From: Alphaproteobacteria bacterium
Lineage (GTDB): Bacteria > Pseudomonadota > Alphaproteobacteria > GCA-2731375
NCBI GenBank assembly: GCA_965225945.1
Contig: CBDDBZ010000030.1
Span: forward strand, 128,001-192,000
Length of the DNA stretch: 64,000 nt
Direction of reading: 5' to 3'
Shown: positions 45,402 to 56,061 of the stretch, piece after piece
Layout: each line of letters begins with the position of its first letter
Position numbering within the stretch: the first letter of the stretch is position 1
The notes under the pieces: generated by a model
The model's database searches: none
What the model saw: only the letters and a program-made list of their open reading frames with translations
Told to the model about the DNA's origin: nothing
Position numbers and translations under genes: made by a program

Positions 45402-46253
45402 TCACGCCGCCATTCGGGCGAGCACGCGCTTTGCCAGGACGCCGCAGTGGTGCAGCTTGGTCCGAGCGCCGTAGCCCGGCTGGCCGACCGGTCGGATGTC
45501 TTGCGCGAGCGCGCCCACCGCGTCCTCGATGTTGGCGCTCGACAGATCCTGGCCCTCGAGCCTCTGGGCACTGGTCGTCGCCAGGACCGGCCTGTCGCCC
45601 GCGGCGAAGAAGGCGAGGCGCAGGTTGAAAGCGCGCCCGTCCTCGAATAGTCCGTGTGCCGCCAAGCCCGCCAAGGCGTAGTCGCCATGGCGCCTGGCCA
45701 GTTCGTCGAACCCCGAACGGTATCCTGGTGCGAGGACGGGAACCTCGACACAGCGCAGCAGCTCGCCGGGGCGCAACGCGGTCTCGAAGACGCCGGTGAA
45801 GAAATCGGCCGCCGCCACATGGCGCCTGCCGTCGAGGCCTTCGAGCTCGACGCGACCGCCGAGCGCGAGCACGCAGGCCGGCAGTTCGGCCGCCGGATCG
45901 GCGAGCGCGAGGCTGCCGCCGATGGTGCCCCGGTTGCGGATTGCCGGGTGGCCGATATGAAGGACGGCTTCCCTGAGCAGCGGTGCCGCCTCGGCGATCG
46001 CCTGCGAGGCGGCGAGGTCGCAATGGCGCAGCAGCGCGCCGATGCGCAGCCGGCCGTCTTCGATGGAAACCGCCTTGAGCCCGGGCAGCGCGCCGATGTC
46101 GACGACGTGGCTAGGGGCCACCAGGCGCATGTTGAGCATGGGCACCAGGCTCTGGCCGCCGGCGAGGACGACCGCGTCCGGATGTTCGGCGAGGACCGCC
46201 AACGCCTCGTCGATGGACGACGGCCTGACATACTCGAACGGTGCCGGTTTCAG
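45402..46253 (-). CDS. CoxM-like FAD subunit
   Basis: KPAPFEY, AGGQSLVP, IRNRGTIGGS; probable CTG start. Confidence 0.88.
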   Translation of the reverse strand: MKPAPFEYVRPSSIDEALAVLAEHPDAVVLAGGQSLVPMLNMRLVAPSHVVDIGALPGLKAVSIEDGRLRIGALLRHCDLAASQAIAEAAPLLREAVLHIGHPAIRNRGTIGGSLALADPAAELPACVLALGGRVELEGLDGRRHVAAADFFTGVFETALRPGELLRCVEVPVLAPGYRSGFDELARRHGDYALAGLAAHGLFEDGRAFNLRLAFFAAGDRPVLATTSAQRLEGQDLSSANIEDAVGALAQDIRPVGQPGYGARTKLHHCGVLAKRVLARMAA

Positions 46254-46539
46254 GGAATTGCCCCCCTCGAACGCTGCGGACCGGACTCCATGCCCGTCCC
46301 CGGGCAGGCATCTCGGTGCCATTTGGCCGTGGCTGCCCGTGGCGATATTGTACCCAGATAGCGGCCGGAACAAGCGGCGCCCGAGGGGACGGGCGGCGAG
46401 CCGACCGACGGCCCGAACATATCGCTCTTTCGTGGCCGATCCGTGTTGTGCTAGGAATCGTCACGCGCAATCCAGGAGATCATCGAGCGACAACGATCCG
46501 TAAGGCAACGACGTTGCCGAGCAAGGGGGGAATTTAGGG

Positions 46540-47808
46540 ATGTTGGAGAAATTTGCGACGAAGCGCCGTTTCCTGGCGCTCGGTGGCGTGCTGGTGGCCG
46601 CCATGATCATCTCACAGGTCCTCACGCCCGCGGCGCGGGCGGCGGAGCCGCTCAAGATCGGCTTCTCCATGGCACTCACCGGGGCGCTCGCGGGTGCGGG
46701 CAGGGCGGCCTTGATCGCCATGGAGATTTGGCGCGAGGACATCAACAAGCAGGGCGGTATCCTCGGCCGGCAGGTCGAGTTCGTCTACTTCGACGACGCC
46801 ACCTCGCCGTCCAAGGTGCCCGGCATTTACACCAAGCTTCTCAACATCGACAAGGTGGATTTGGTGGTCTCCAGCTACGGCACCAACGAGATCTCGCCAG
46901 CCATGCCGATCATCATGCGCAAGGGGCTGGTTTTCATGGCGCTTTTCGGCCTCGCCGTCAACGACCGCTTCAACTACGACCGCTATTTCCAGATCATGCC
47001 GGCCGGCCCGGTGCCCAAGGAGGACTGGTCCCGGGGATTCTTCGAGCTGGCCATGGCGCAGAGCCCGAAGCCGAAGAGCATCGCGCTCGTGGCCGAGGAT
47101 GCGGAGTTCGCCCGCAACGCCGTCGCGGGAGCCCGCAAAAATGCCGAGAAAGCCGGTCTGGACATCGTCTACGACAAGACCTTCCCGTTTGGCTCGACCG
47201 ACGTGACGCCGGTGATCCGGGCGATCAAGGCCTCGGGCGCCGATCTCGTTTACATGGGCTCCTATCCAAATGGCTCGGTCGGCCTGGTCAAGGCGGCGCA
47301 CGAGCTCGACCTCAAGGCCAAGATGTTCGGTGGCGGCATGGTCGGCCTGCAGTTCGCGGCAATCCAGAAGAACCTGGGCCCGATGCTGAACAACATCGTC
47401 AACTATGATTTCTGGGTGCCCGAGCCGACCCTCGATTTCGAGGGCGTCGAGGCCTTTCTGAAGAAGTACCAGGCCGCCGCCAAGGGCAAGAAGGTCGATC
47501 CCCTGGGGCATTACCTGCCGCCCTACGCCTATGCCTATCTGCAGGTTCTCGGCCAAGCGGTGAACGCGGTCGGCAGCCTCGACCAGAAGGCGATCGCCGA
47601 ATACATCCACGCCACCACCTTCAAAACGGTGGTCGGTCCGGTCAAGTTCGGCAAGAACGGCGAGTGGGCGAAAACGCGGACCCTGCAGGTCCAGTTCCGC
47701 GACGTCGAGCCCAACAATTTGGAACAGTTCAAGCACGCCGGCAAGCGCATCGTGCTCTATCCGGAGAGCGTGAAATCGGGCAGCATCGTCTACCCCTACA
47801 AGCAGTGA
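46540..47808 (+). CDS. ABC substrate-binding protein (LivK-like)
   Basis: Signal peptide; LKIGFSMALTG, INKQGGILGR. Confidence 0.9.
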   Translation: MLEKFATKRRFLALGGVLVAAMIISQVLTPAARAAEPLKIGFSMALTGALAGAGRAALIAMEIWREDINKQGGILGRQVEFVYFDDATSPSKVPGIYTKLLNIDKVDLVVSSYGTNEISPAMPIIMRKGLVFMALFGLAVNDRFNYDRYFQIMPAGPVPKEDWSRGFFELAMAQSPKPKSIALVAEDAEFARNAVAGARKNAEKAGLDIVYDKTFPFGSTDVTPVIRAIKASGADLVYMGSYPNGSVGLVKAAHELDLKAKMFGGGMVGLQFAAIQKNLGPMLNNIVNYDFWVPEPTLDFEGVEAFLKKYQAAAKGKKVDPLGHYLPPYAYAYLQVLGQAVNAVGSLDQKAIAEYIHATTFKTVVGPVKFGKNGEWAKTRTLQVQFRDVEPNNLEQFKHAGKRIVLYPESVKSGSIVYPYKQ

Positions 47809-47844
47809 TTGTAATCTGACCGCACGATCGGGACCCCGGCGCTG

Positions 47845-48720
47845 GTGTTGTCCGCCGATCTCTTGGTCAACGCCATCGTCTCGGGTGTCCTGCTCGGCGG
47901 TTTCTACGCGGCCGTGGCACTGGGCCTGTCGATCACCTTCGGGCAGCTGGAGATCGTCAACATCGCCCACCCGACGTTCGTCATTTTCGGCTCCTACGTG
48001 ACCTACATCGTCAACCAGAACTTCGGCCTCGACCCGGTTCTGGCCGGAATCGTCATTGCCCCGGCGTTTTTCTTGCTGGGCGTGCTGCTCTATCGCTTTT
48101 ACTACCTCAGCTTCGAGAAGGCCGGGCAGGAATCGCTCGCCGGCCTGGCCTTCTTTTTCGGCCTGATGTTCATCATCGAAGTGCTGCTCATCCTCGTCTA
48201 CGGGGTCGACTACCGGCTGGTCAGCGCGCCCTATATCGGCCAGACGTGGCACCTCGGCTTCGTCGATTTTCCGCTGCGCATGACCGTACCGTGCGTGACC
48301 GCGGTGATCATGACGATCGGGGTCTACCTGTTCCTCTCCAAGACCTTCACCGGGCGGGCCATCCAGGCGGTCTCCCAGGATCGCGTGGCGCTGCAGCTGA
48401 TGGGCGCCGACCCCATCCGCATCAAGCAGATCGCGATGGGCATCGCCATCGCCACGGCGGCCGTCGCCGGCGCCCTGTTGATCATCATCGGCCCCGTCGA
48501 GCCCTCCGTCGGGCGGCTCTACATCGGTCGCATCTTCGCCATCGTCGTCTTGGGGGGCATGGGCAGCGTCGGCGGGACCCTGGCCGCGGCCTTGCTGATC
48601 GGCGTCGTCGAGAGCATCGTGGCGACCTTCTGGGGGCCGTCGTGGGCGCCCGCCGTCGGCTTCTCCATCCTCATCGCCACCCTGGCGCTGCGTCCCCAGG
48701 GCATGTTCGGCAGGGCATAG
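47845..48720 (+). CDS. ABC permease (LivH-like)
   Basis: Hydrophobic; VNIAH, LRPQGMFG. Confidence 0.88.
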   Translation: MLSADLLVNAIVSGVLLGGFYAAVALGLSITFGQLEIVNIAHPTFVIFGSYVTYIVNQNFGLDPVLAGIVIAPAFFLLGVLLYRFYYLSFEKAGQESLAGLAFFFGLMFIIEVLLILVYGVDYRLVSAPYIGQTWHLGFVDFPLRMTVPCVTAVIMTIGVYLFLSKTFTGRAIQAVSQDRVALQLMGADPIRIKQIAMGIAIATAAVAGALLIIIGPVEPSVGRLYIGRIFAIVVLGGMGSVGGTLAAALLIGVVESIVATFWGPSWAPAVGFSILIATLALRPQGMFGRA

Positions 48721-48726
48721 GCGGCC

Positions 48727-49683
48727 ATGAGCAAATTCTGGATGGCGGTCCTCGCCGTGTTCATAGCCGGGCTGATCTTCACCGGGGTGGTCGACAACGA
48801 GTTCTATTTCTTTGCCGCCTACGTCATCTTGCAGGGCCTGATCATGGCCACCGCCTGGAACATCCTCGGCGGCTTCACCGGTTACGTGAATTTCGGCTCG
48901 GCCGGCTTCTTCGCCGTCGGCGCCTACACCTCGATCGCTCTCGACCAGGCGTTTGCGTTGCCGCTGCCGGTGCTGATCGTGGCCGGCGGCCTGATCAGCG
49001 GGTTGCTGGGGCTGGCCACCGGCTACCTGACGCTGCGTCTGAAAGGCATCTACTTCGCCATCGCGACCCTGGCCATGGCGATCGTCCTCGAGACCGTCGT
49101 CAACAACTGGGAATATGTCGGCGGGGCCAGAGGCGTCTACATCCTGACGCCCGAGGAGACGCTCATCTTCGATTCCTACATCGAGCTCTTGTTCATGGTG
49201 ATGGTGACCATTGCGATCGCCGCCGTGGCCGTGGCGCGCCATTTGAGCAGGTCGAGGATCGGCCAGGGGCTGGCGGCGATCCGCGACGACGAGCTGGCCG
49301 CCGAATGCATGGGGGTGCCGACGCTTCGCCTGAAGCTGATCTCGACGACGACCATGGGCGTCTTCATGGGCATGGCCGGCGCGCCCTATCCGTTCTTCGT
49401 CACCTTCGTCGACCCGATCTCGGCGTTCTCGCTGTTCATTGCCATCAACGCCATCGCCATGCCCCTCATCGGCGGCACCACGGTCTGGTACGGCCCGGTC
49501 ATCGGCGCCCTCCTCCTCGGTGTCACCCAGGAAATCACCACCGTGACCATCTCTTCGGAACTCAACCTGCTGATCGTCGGCGTCGTCCTCATCGGCTTCA
49601 TCACCCTGGCGCCGGGCGGCATCGTCGGCCTGATCCAACGCGTCAGAGGAAGGAAAGGGAGCGATGGGCGCGCCGCTGCTTGA
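48727..49683 (+). CDS. ABC permease (LivM-like)
   Basis: WNILGGFTGYVNFG, AIRDDELAAE. Confidence 0.9.
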   Translation: MSKFWMAVLAVFIAGLIFTGVVDNEFYFFAAYVILQGLIMATAWNILGGFTGYVNFGSAGFFAVGAYTSIALDQAFALPLPVLIVAGGLISGLLGLATGYLTLRLKGIYFAIATLAMAIVLETVVNNWEYVGGARGVYILTPEETLIFDSYIELLFMVMVTIAIAAVAVARHLSRSRIGQGLAAIRDDELAAECMGVPTLRLKLISTTTMGVFMGMAGAPYPFFVTFVDPISAFSLFIAINAIAMPLIGGTTVWYGPVIGALLLGVTQEITTVTISSELNLLIVGVVLIGFITLAPGGIVGLIQRVRGRKGSDGRAAA

Positions 49684-50389
49684 CACCCGCAACGTGACCA
49701 AGCGCTTCGGCGGCTTCGTCGCCCTCGAGAACGTCTCCATGCGCGTGGACAAGGGCGAGCGGTTGGGTCTGATCGGCCCCAACGGGTCGGGCAAGACGAC
49801 CATGATCAACTGCATCTCCGGCGCGCTGTTCAACGACGCCGGCGAGATCATCTTCGAAGGCCGCGACATCACGGCCCTGCCGGCCCACCGCCGCGCCCGC
49901 CTGGGCATCGCCCGCAGCTTCCAGATCCCCAAGCCGTTCCGCTCCATGTCGGTGATCGAGAACCTTTATATTCCGCTGGAATACGCCGCCTGGACGCGCA
50001 TCGAGCGCGGCCGCGTCGGCGATGAGGCCATCGACATCCTCGAGCGCATCGGCCTGGCGGACAAGGCCCACGAGAACTGCGCCGACCTCACCCAGATCGA
50101 GATGCGCAAGCTGGAACTGGCCCGCGCGCTGGCGGCGAAGCCCAACCTGCTGATCTCGGACGAGGCCATGGCCGGCCTGTCGAGCGAGGAGATCGACGAG
50201 ATCCTGGAGATCCTGTTCGCCCTCAACGCTCTGGGCGTCGCGGTGATCATGATCGAGCACATCATGCGGGCGGTAATGCGCTATTCGGAACGGATCGTCG
50301 TCTTCGACGCCGGCCGCAAGATCGCCGAGGGCGCGCCCGACGACATCGTCCGCAATCCGGACGTCGAGAGGGCCTATCTTGGAGAATAG
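49664..50389 (+). CDS. ABC ATPase (LivG-like)
   Basis: GPNGSGKT, ARSFQ, AYLG. Confidence 0.9.
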   Translation: MGAPLLDTRNVTKRFGGFVALENVSMRVDKGERLGLIGPNGSGKTTMINCISGALFNDAGEIIFEGRDITALPAHRRARLGIARSFQIPKPFRSMSVIENLYIPLEYAAWTRIERGRVGDEAIDILERIGLADKAHENCADLTQIEMRKLELARALAAKPNLLISDEAMAGLSSEEIDEILEILFALNALGVAVIMIEHIMRAVMRYSERIVVFDAGRKIAEGAPDDIVRNPDVERAYLGE

Positions 50390-51110
50390 GATCGTCATCG
50401 AGGACGTCGTCGCCGGCTACGGCTCGGTCCAGGCCCTGCGCGGCGTCTCCCTGACCGTCGAATTTGGCGAGACGGTCGTGCTCCTGGGCTCCAACGGCAA
50501 CGGCAAGAGCACCCTGATCAACAGCGTCATGGGGCTCGTGCGCCCGAGTGCGGGGACCATCATGCTGGAGCGCGACGGCCGGCGCATCGATCTGGTTGGC
50601 ATGCCCCCGGAGGAGATCGTCGGCTTGGGAATTGCCCTGGTTCCCGAAGGGCGTCGCCTGTTCCCGGCGCTCACCGTCGAGGAGAACCTCATGCTCGGCG
50701 CCTTCCGCAAGGACGCCCGGGCCGCGATCAAGGAAAACCTGGAGTTCTGTTTCGAAGCCTTTCCTGCCTTGGCCGAGCGCTTCAAGCAAGTCGCCGGCAA
50801 CATGAGCGGCGGCGAACAGCAGATGATCGCCTTCGCCCGCGCCCTCATGTCGGCGCCCCGTATCCTGCTCGTCGACGAACCCTCGGTCGGCCTCGCGCCC
50901 ATTCTGGTCAATCGCATGATCGCCAAGATCCGGGAGCTCAAGGAACAGCGCAATCTGACCATCCTGATGGCCGAGCAGAACTTCAACCAGGCGATCAAGA
51001 TCGCCGATCGGGGCTATATCATCGTCCATGGCGAGATCGTCTTCGAGGGCCGCGACTCCGACGAGCTCAAGGACAACGAGCTGGTCAAGCGGTACTATCT
51101 GGGCGTCTAG
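50379..51110 (+). CDS. ABC ATPase (LivF-like)
   Basis: GSNGNGKS, VPEGRRLF, SGGEQQM. Confidence 0.9.
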   Translation: MENRIVIEDVVAGYGSVQALRGVSLTVEFGETVVLLGSNGNGKSTLINSVMGLVRPSAGTIMLERDGRRIDLVGMPPEEIVGLGIALVPEGRRLFPALTVEENLMLGAFRKDARAAIKENLEFCFEAFPALAERFKQVAGNMSGGEQQMIAFARALMSAPRILLVDEPSVGLAPILVNRMIAKIRELKEQRNLTILMAEQNFNQAIKIADRGYIIVHGEIVFEGRDSDELKDNELVKRYYLGV

Positions 51111-51158
51111 TGGATTCTATCCACTAGGGTGGGCGCCGGTTCGCCGTTGGAGGACGCC

Positions 51159-52037
51159 ATGACCCTACCCGAGGATCGCGTTCCCTATTCCGCCATAATC
51201 GACCGCCCGCCGCTCCGCCTGCCGGATGGCGCGCGCATGGTGGTCTGGACCATCGTCAACGTCGAGGAGTGGCGTATCGAGAGTGCGATGCCGCGCAGCG
51301 TTCTATCGCCACCCATGGGTCAGCCCTTGCAGCCGGATTTACCGAATTGGGCTTGGCACGAATACGGAATGCGGGTCGGTTTTTGGCGTTTGCTGGAGTG
51401 TCTCGAGCACTTTGACGTGACCGCGACTTTGGCGATAAACGGGTCGGTTTGCCAGTCCTATCCGCGCGTCGCCAACGCGGCGCTGGAGGCGGATTGGGAA
51501 TTCATGGGGCACGGATTCCACCAAGGGCCAATGCACAAAATCGAAGACCAGCCGTCAGCCATCGCCCGAACCATCGAAGCGATCCGCGGCTTTACCGGCA
51601 AAGCTCCTCGTGGCTGGGAAAGCCCCGGTCTTACCGAAACTTTCGAAACCATCGACCACCTGGCGGCGGCGGGTCTCGAGTATGTCGCTGACTGGGTGTT
51701 GGACGACCAACCTTGCGAGATCGCGACCGCGCACGGCCCCGTGCTTTCGATCCCCTACACGGTCGAGACCAACGATATCGTGATGATGGCCTTGCAGCAG
51801 CATGAGTCGCAGGTCCTGCTGCAACGCGGACGCGATCAGTTCGACCGGCTGTATCGGGAGAGCGAGCGGATCACCCGGGTGATGGCAATCAGCCTGCACC
51901 CCTATATAACGGGTGTCGCCCACCGGATCGGCTACTTGGAGAAGCTATACGAGCACATCCGCAACAAGCCCGGCGTGCTGCTATGGACCGGCGAGGAGAT
52001 CCTCGATTGGTATCGGGCCGAGCGGCCGCCCGCCTGA
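51159..52037 (+). CDS. Polysaccharide deacetylase family (PuuE-like) hydrolase
   Basis: EYGMRVGFWRL, EFMGHG, GWESPG, ISLHPY. Confidence 0.85.
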   Translation: MTLPEDRVPYSAIIDRPPLRLPDGARMVVWTIVNVEEWRIESAMPRSVLSPPMGQPLQPDLPNWAWHEYGMRVGFWRLLECLEHFDVTATLAINGSVCQSYPRVANAALEADWEFMGHGFHQGPMHKIEDQPSAIARTIEAIRGFTGKAPRGWESPGLTETFETIDHLAAAGLEYVADWVLDDQPCEIATAHGPVLSIPYTVETNDIVMMALQQHESQVLLQRGRDQFDRLYRESERITRVMAISLHPYITGVAHRIGYLEKLYEHIRNKPGVLLWTGEEILDWYRAERPPA

Positions 52038-52050
52038 GGCGGCTTCGGCT

Positions 52051-52464
52051 TCAGGCCTGCTGCAGCTCGATCATGTTGCCGAAGCCGTCCTCGAAAAAGA
52101 CCTGTTCCGACGCACGCCCGACCAGGCCCTGGTAAACCCAGAATTCGATCTCTCGACTTTCTAATTCGCGCTTCGCCTCTTCCAGATCTTCCACCACGAA
52201 GGCGAGGTGGGCACGGGTCGGATCCTGCTTTCGCGACCGTGCCGGTGGCGACTTGCCCTTGGCCCCAAAAACATGAATTTGCTGGCTGCGATTCCCCTTG
52301 GCAAGATTGACCCAAAAGCCCGGGATGCCTGGAATGTGCGGGCGTTTGCGATCGACCTGCAGGCCAAGCAGGTCGCTCCAGACATCGAGCGCCGCCTCGA
52401 CGGCCTCGTCGTCAGGTGCGATACGCACACCTGCATGCATCAAGCCGACAACCTTAATTCCCAT
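52051..52464 (-). CDS. VOC/glyoxalase-like protein
   Basis: HAGV, QIHV, HLAFVVEDL, FFEDGFGNMIEL. Confidence 0.8.
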   Translation of the reverse strand: MGIKVVGLMHAGVRIAPDDEAVEAALDVWSDLLGLQVDRKRPHIPGIPGFWVNLAKGNRSQQIHVFGAKGKSPPARSRKQDPTRAHLAFVVEDLEEAKRELESREIEFWVYQGLVGRASEQVFFEDGFGNMIELQQA

Positions 52465-52620
52465 GATTTGCTTCCCCCATGCGTCGTCATTCGAGAAAAT
52501 TCCAATATATTCGCCTCCACCCCCAACGCGATTCGGCCCACGGTCTCGATGCAACGGTCGCACCTCTGCCGCCTCCGCTTCGTCGATGAATACGGGAGAC
52601 GGCTCCGGCGCGTTCGACCG

Positions 52621-53325
52621 TTAGTCCCGGGGCGGCTGGGTCAGCCCTCTTGCCACCGCGGGTCGCGCTTCACAGCGTCGCACATAAGCGACGACGTTGG
52701 CGAAGTCGGCGACACCCACGACCTCCGCCGCCCCGTAGAAACCGCCGATGACGCGAATCCAGGGAAAAGTAGCGATATCGGCGATCGTATAATCGTCGCC
52801 CATGATATAGTCGCGCCCCTCCAAACGCCCGTCGAGCACATTCAAGAGGCGTTTGGTCTCGGCAATATAGCGTTCGGTTGGATCAGGATCGGTGATCTTG
52901 TCCGCCGCGAATTTATAAAAGTGTCCTAGCTGGCCGACCATCGGCCCGATGCCCCCCATCTGGAACATCAGCCACTGGATGCACTCGATCCGCGCCGCTG
53001 GGTCGCTCGGCAGCAGCTTGCCGGTCTTCTCCGCCAGGTAGATTAGAAACGCCCCGCTTTCACACAGCGCCAGCGGGCGCCCGCCGGGTCCGTCCGGATC
53101 GATGATCGCCGGAATCTTGTTGTTGGGATTGAGCGATAGGAACTCAGGCGTGTTCTGGTTGCCGTTGCCAAACGACACCAGATGCGGTTCGTAGGCTAGG
53201 CCCAGTTCTTCCAAGACGATCGACGCTTTGACACCGTTGGGTGTGGGAAGCGAGTAGAGCTGGATCCGATCCGAATGCTGGGCCGGCCAGCGTTTGGTGA
53301 TCTGGAACTCTGCAAGATCGCTCAT
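52621..53325 (-). CDS. Glutathione S-transferase (YfcG/YghU-like)
   Basis: TPNG, NPNNKIPAI, ESGA, WLMFQMGGIGPM. Confidence 0.9.
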   Translation of the reverse strand: MSDLAEFQITKRWPAQHSDRIQLYSLPTPNGVKASIVLEELGLAYEPHLVSFGNGNQNTPEFLSLNPNNKIPAIIDPDGPGGRPLALCESGAFLIYLAEKTGKLLPSDPAARIECIQWLMFQMGGIGPMVGQLGHFYKFAADKITDPDPTERYIAETKRLLNVLDGRLEGRDYIMGDDYTIADIATFPWIRVIGGFYGAAEVVGVADFANVVAYVRRCEARPAVARGLTQPPRD

Positions 53326-53689
53326 TGAATGGCACCAAGGTTACCAGGTAGGATCCTCGACCAGTCGAGAATGGTAAAACATTCGACTGTCGAAGGCGAT
53401 TCGTATCCTGCGCCTCCTGCAGCCGGTCCCGGATACACTCCGCGGCGGCACACTCGCCGCCAGTGCCCGCTCGCGCGAACAGCCGCGTGGCGCGACCCTG
53501 GCGCTGTTCGAGGAATTCGTACGGGCGTAACTCGATCGGTCCACCTGGCGGCTCGGCGGCGCCCGAGTGCCGGACGGAATACCACGGCCGCTCGGCGCAC
53601 GGTTCACGCTTCGAGCCGTTACGCCAATCGCCATAAATGGCGGCTGGTCGGGGAGCGCTGTCTTCGCCGCTGATCTCGCCGAAGCTGCC

Positions 53690-54073
53690 TCATGCGCCGC
53701 GCCGCGCGTAGCTGACGGTCAGCACCTCCCAGAGATGCCCATCGTCGTCGTTCCAGTAAAAATTTCGCCCCCCCATCCGTGTGTTGAGCTGAAGGTCGTC
53801 GGCGCCGTTCGGTGTGCTGCGATACTTGATGCCCGCGCCGCGAACGCGCTCGAATATACCGTCGAACTCCTCGTCGCTGACATGGAAACAGTAGTGGTGG
53901 CGCTCGAGCCGCTCTGCCTCGTCGAAGTCGAGCGTCAGTGTTTCGTTGACATAGACGGGGCTAAAGTGGCCGACCTTCGCTTCCCACGCTACACCCAAAA
54001 TTCCGGCGAGCGCCTCGGCGGAGGCAACGGGACCGCGCGAGGGAACAATGACGTGATCTAACAGAATCGCCAT
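53690..54073 (-). CDS. VOC family protein
   Basis: LDHVIV, HYCFHVS, GGRNFY, GHLWEVLT. Confidence 0.85.
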   Translation of the reverse strand: MAILLDHVIVPSRGPVASAEALAGILGVAWEAKVGHFSPVYVNETLTLDFDEAERLERHHYCFHVSDEEFDGIFERVRGAGIKYRSTPNGADDLQLNTRMGGRNFYWNDDDGHLWEVLTVSYARRGA

Positions 54074-54445
54074 AACGCGCCTCCTATATTTGTGCCGGTC
54101 GCAAACCTCGCTCTGCGAAACCTCATTCGGGCACGGCATTCCCGAGTTGCGCCCATCGCGAATTATAAGCGCATCGCCGAACGGCCGCCATCGCGAGCTT
54201 AGAGCAAGATCCGAATCGCGGCGAACAGATCGGCTTTGGCGCTTCTCGCCATGGCGCTCTGGGCGTCGATCGCGGCCAGGGCGCAGGCGGGCGAGCCCTG
54301 AATGCTGATGAGGCGGGAAGGGGCCTGCGTCGAGCTGGCGACGGCCGCCCAGCGGAAAGAGACCTTGGCCGCCATCACCGCGCCGGGGGCGCTCGCGGCC
54401 CGGCGCGCTTCCGCCGGGCGCGCGATTTCGCTATCACTTGCGTCC

Positions 54446-55999
54446 ATGGCGCTCGCACGATTTGCCGCGACGGTCGGCGGCTACACGCTGGCGAGCCGCG
54501 TGCTCGGTTTGGTCCGCGATATCCTCATGGCGGCGGTGCTGGGCGCGGGGCCGGTGGCCGACGCCTTCTTCGTCGCCTTCAAGCTGCCGAACTTTTTCCG
54601 TCGCCTGTTCGCGGAGGGCGCCTTCAACGCCGCCTTCGTGCCGGTTTTCTCGGGCCTGGTGGAGCGGCGGGGGCGGGCCCACGCCTTCGCCTTCGCCGAC
54701 GCGGCGTTGGGCCTGTTGCTGCTGGTCTTGCTGCTCTTCACCGCCGTGGCGCAGGCCGCCATGCCTTGGCTGATGCTGGGCCTCGCGCCGGGCTTCACCG
54801 CGTCGCCCGAGAAGTTCGACCTCGCGGTGACGCTGACCCGGCTCGCCTTTCCTTACCTGATGCTGATCAGCCTGGTCTCGCTGCTGGCCGGCGTGCTGAA
54901 TACGCTCGGCCGTTTCGCCGCCGCCGCCGCCGCGCCGGTGCTGCTGAACCTCTGCCTGATCGCCGCCCTCGCGCTCTTCGCCGACAGCCTCGAGACGCCC
55001 GGGCACGGCCTCGCCGTCGCCGTCTCGGTGGCCGGCGTGGTGCAGCTCCTCTGGCTGCTGCTGGCCGCCGCTCGCGCCGGTTATCTGCCGCGCCTGGCCG
55101 CGCCGCGCCTGACGCCGGAGGTGCGAGAGCTGTTGCGGCTGATGCTGCCAGCCGCCCTCGGCGCCGGGGTGGTACAGATTAACTTGGTGATCGACCTCAT
55201 CCTGGCCTCGACCTTGCCGGAGGGCTCGATTTCCTTCCTGTTCTACGCCGACCGCCTGAACCAGTTGCCGATCGGCGTGGTCGGCGTCGCCGTCGGCACC
55301 GCGCTGCTGCCGATTGTCTCGCGCCAGATTGCCCGGGGCGAGACGAAGGCGGCGGCGACCTCGCTCAACCGGGCGATCGAGTTATCGGCGATTCTGACGA
55401 TCCCGGCCGCCGCCGCGCTGGTGATCCTGCCCGAGGGATTGATCGCCGCGTTATACGAGCGCGGCGCCTTCACGCCGGCGACGACCGAGGCGAGCGCGGC
55501 GGCGCTGGCCGCCTACGCCGTGGGCCTGCCGGCCTATATCCTGGTGAAGGTGCTGACGCCCGCCTATTTCGCCCGCTTGGACACCCGAACGCCGGTCAGA
55601 ATCGCCATCGCGGCGGTCGCGGTCAATCTCGTGCTCAACCTGATCTTGATGCAATTCCTCGCCCATGTCGGCCTGGCGCTGGCGAGCGCGATCGCCGCCT
55701 GGTTCAACGTCGCGCTGTTGGCCGCAATCCTGCACGGGCGCGGTCATCTGACGCCCGATCGTCGTCTCGGGCGGCGCCTTCTTGGGATCGTCGCGGCGGC
55801 GGCGGTGATGAGTCTCGCGCTGCTGGCCGCGCTCGCGGTCCTGGACGAGCTGCTCGCCGACCCGACGGCGCTTCGGATCGTCGTCGTGGCGGCGCTGGTG
55901 GTGGGCGGCGGCGGGCTTTACGCGCTCGCCGCGCTGGCTTTCCGCGCGGTGCGGCCGCGCGAGATCCTCGCCTTGGCGCGCGGTCGCCACGGCGGTTGA
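54446..55999 (+). CDS. murJ: Lipid II flippase
   Basis: [30 protein letters not shown]. Confidence 0.95.
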   Translation: MALARFAATVGGYTLASRVLGLVRDILMAAVLGAGPVADAFFVAFKLPNFFRRLFAEGAFNAAFVPVFSGLVERRGRAHAFAFADAALGLLLLVLLLFTAVAQAAMPWLMLGLAPGFTASPEKFDLAVTLTRLAFPYLMLISLVSLLAGVLNTLGRFAAAAAAPVLLNLCLIAALALFADSLETPGHGLAVAVSVAGVVQLLWLLLAAARAGYLPRLAAPRLTPEVRELLRLMLPAALGAGVVQINLVIDLILASTLPEGSISFLFYADRLNQLPIGVVGVAVGTALLPIVSRQIARGETKAAATSLNRAIELSAILTIPAAAALVILPEGLIAALYERGAFTPATTEASAAALAAYAVGLPAYILVKVLTPAYFARLDTRTPVRIAIAAVAVNLVLNLILMQFLAHVGLALASAIAAWFNVALLAAILHGRGHLTPDRRLGRRLLGIVAAAAVMSLALLAALAVLDELLADPTALRIVVVAALVVGGGGLYALAALAFRAVRPREILALARGRHGG

Positions 56000-56061
56000 C
56001 CCGGCGCCGGCCCTCGCGCCATAACCCGCCCTCGCCATCGGCGGCAAGGACGGAAAATGTG

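Noticed and set aside
53340-53680. Short ORFs between the GST and VOC genes
   Set aside because: No credible start or motif; possibly a gene remnant, but unassignable
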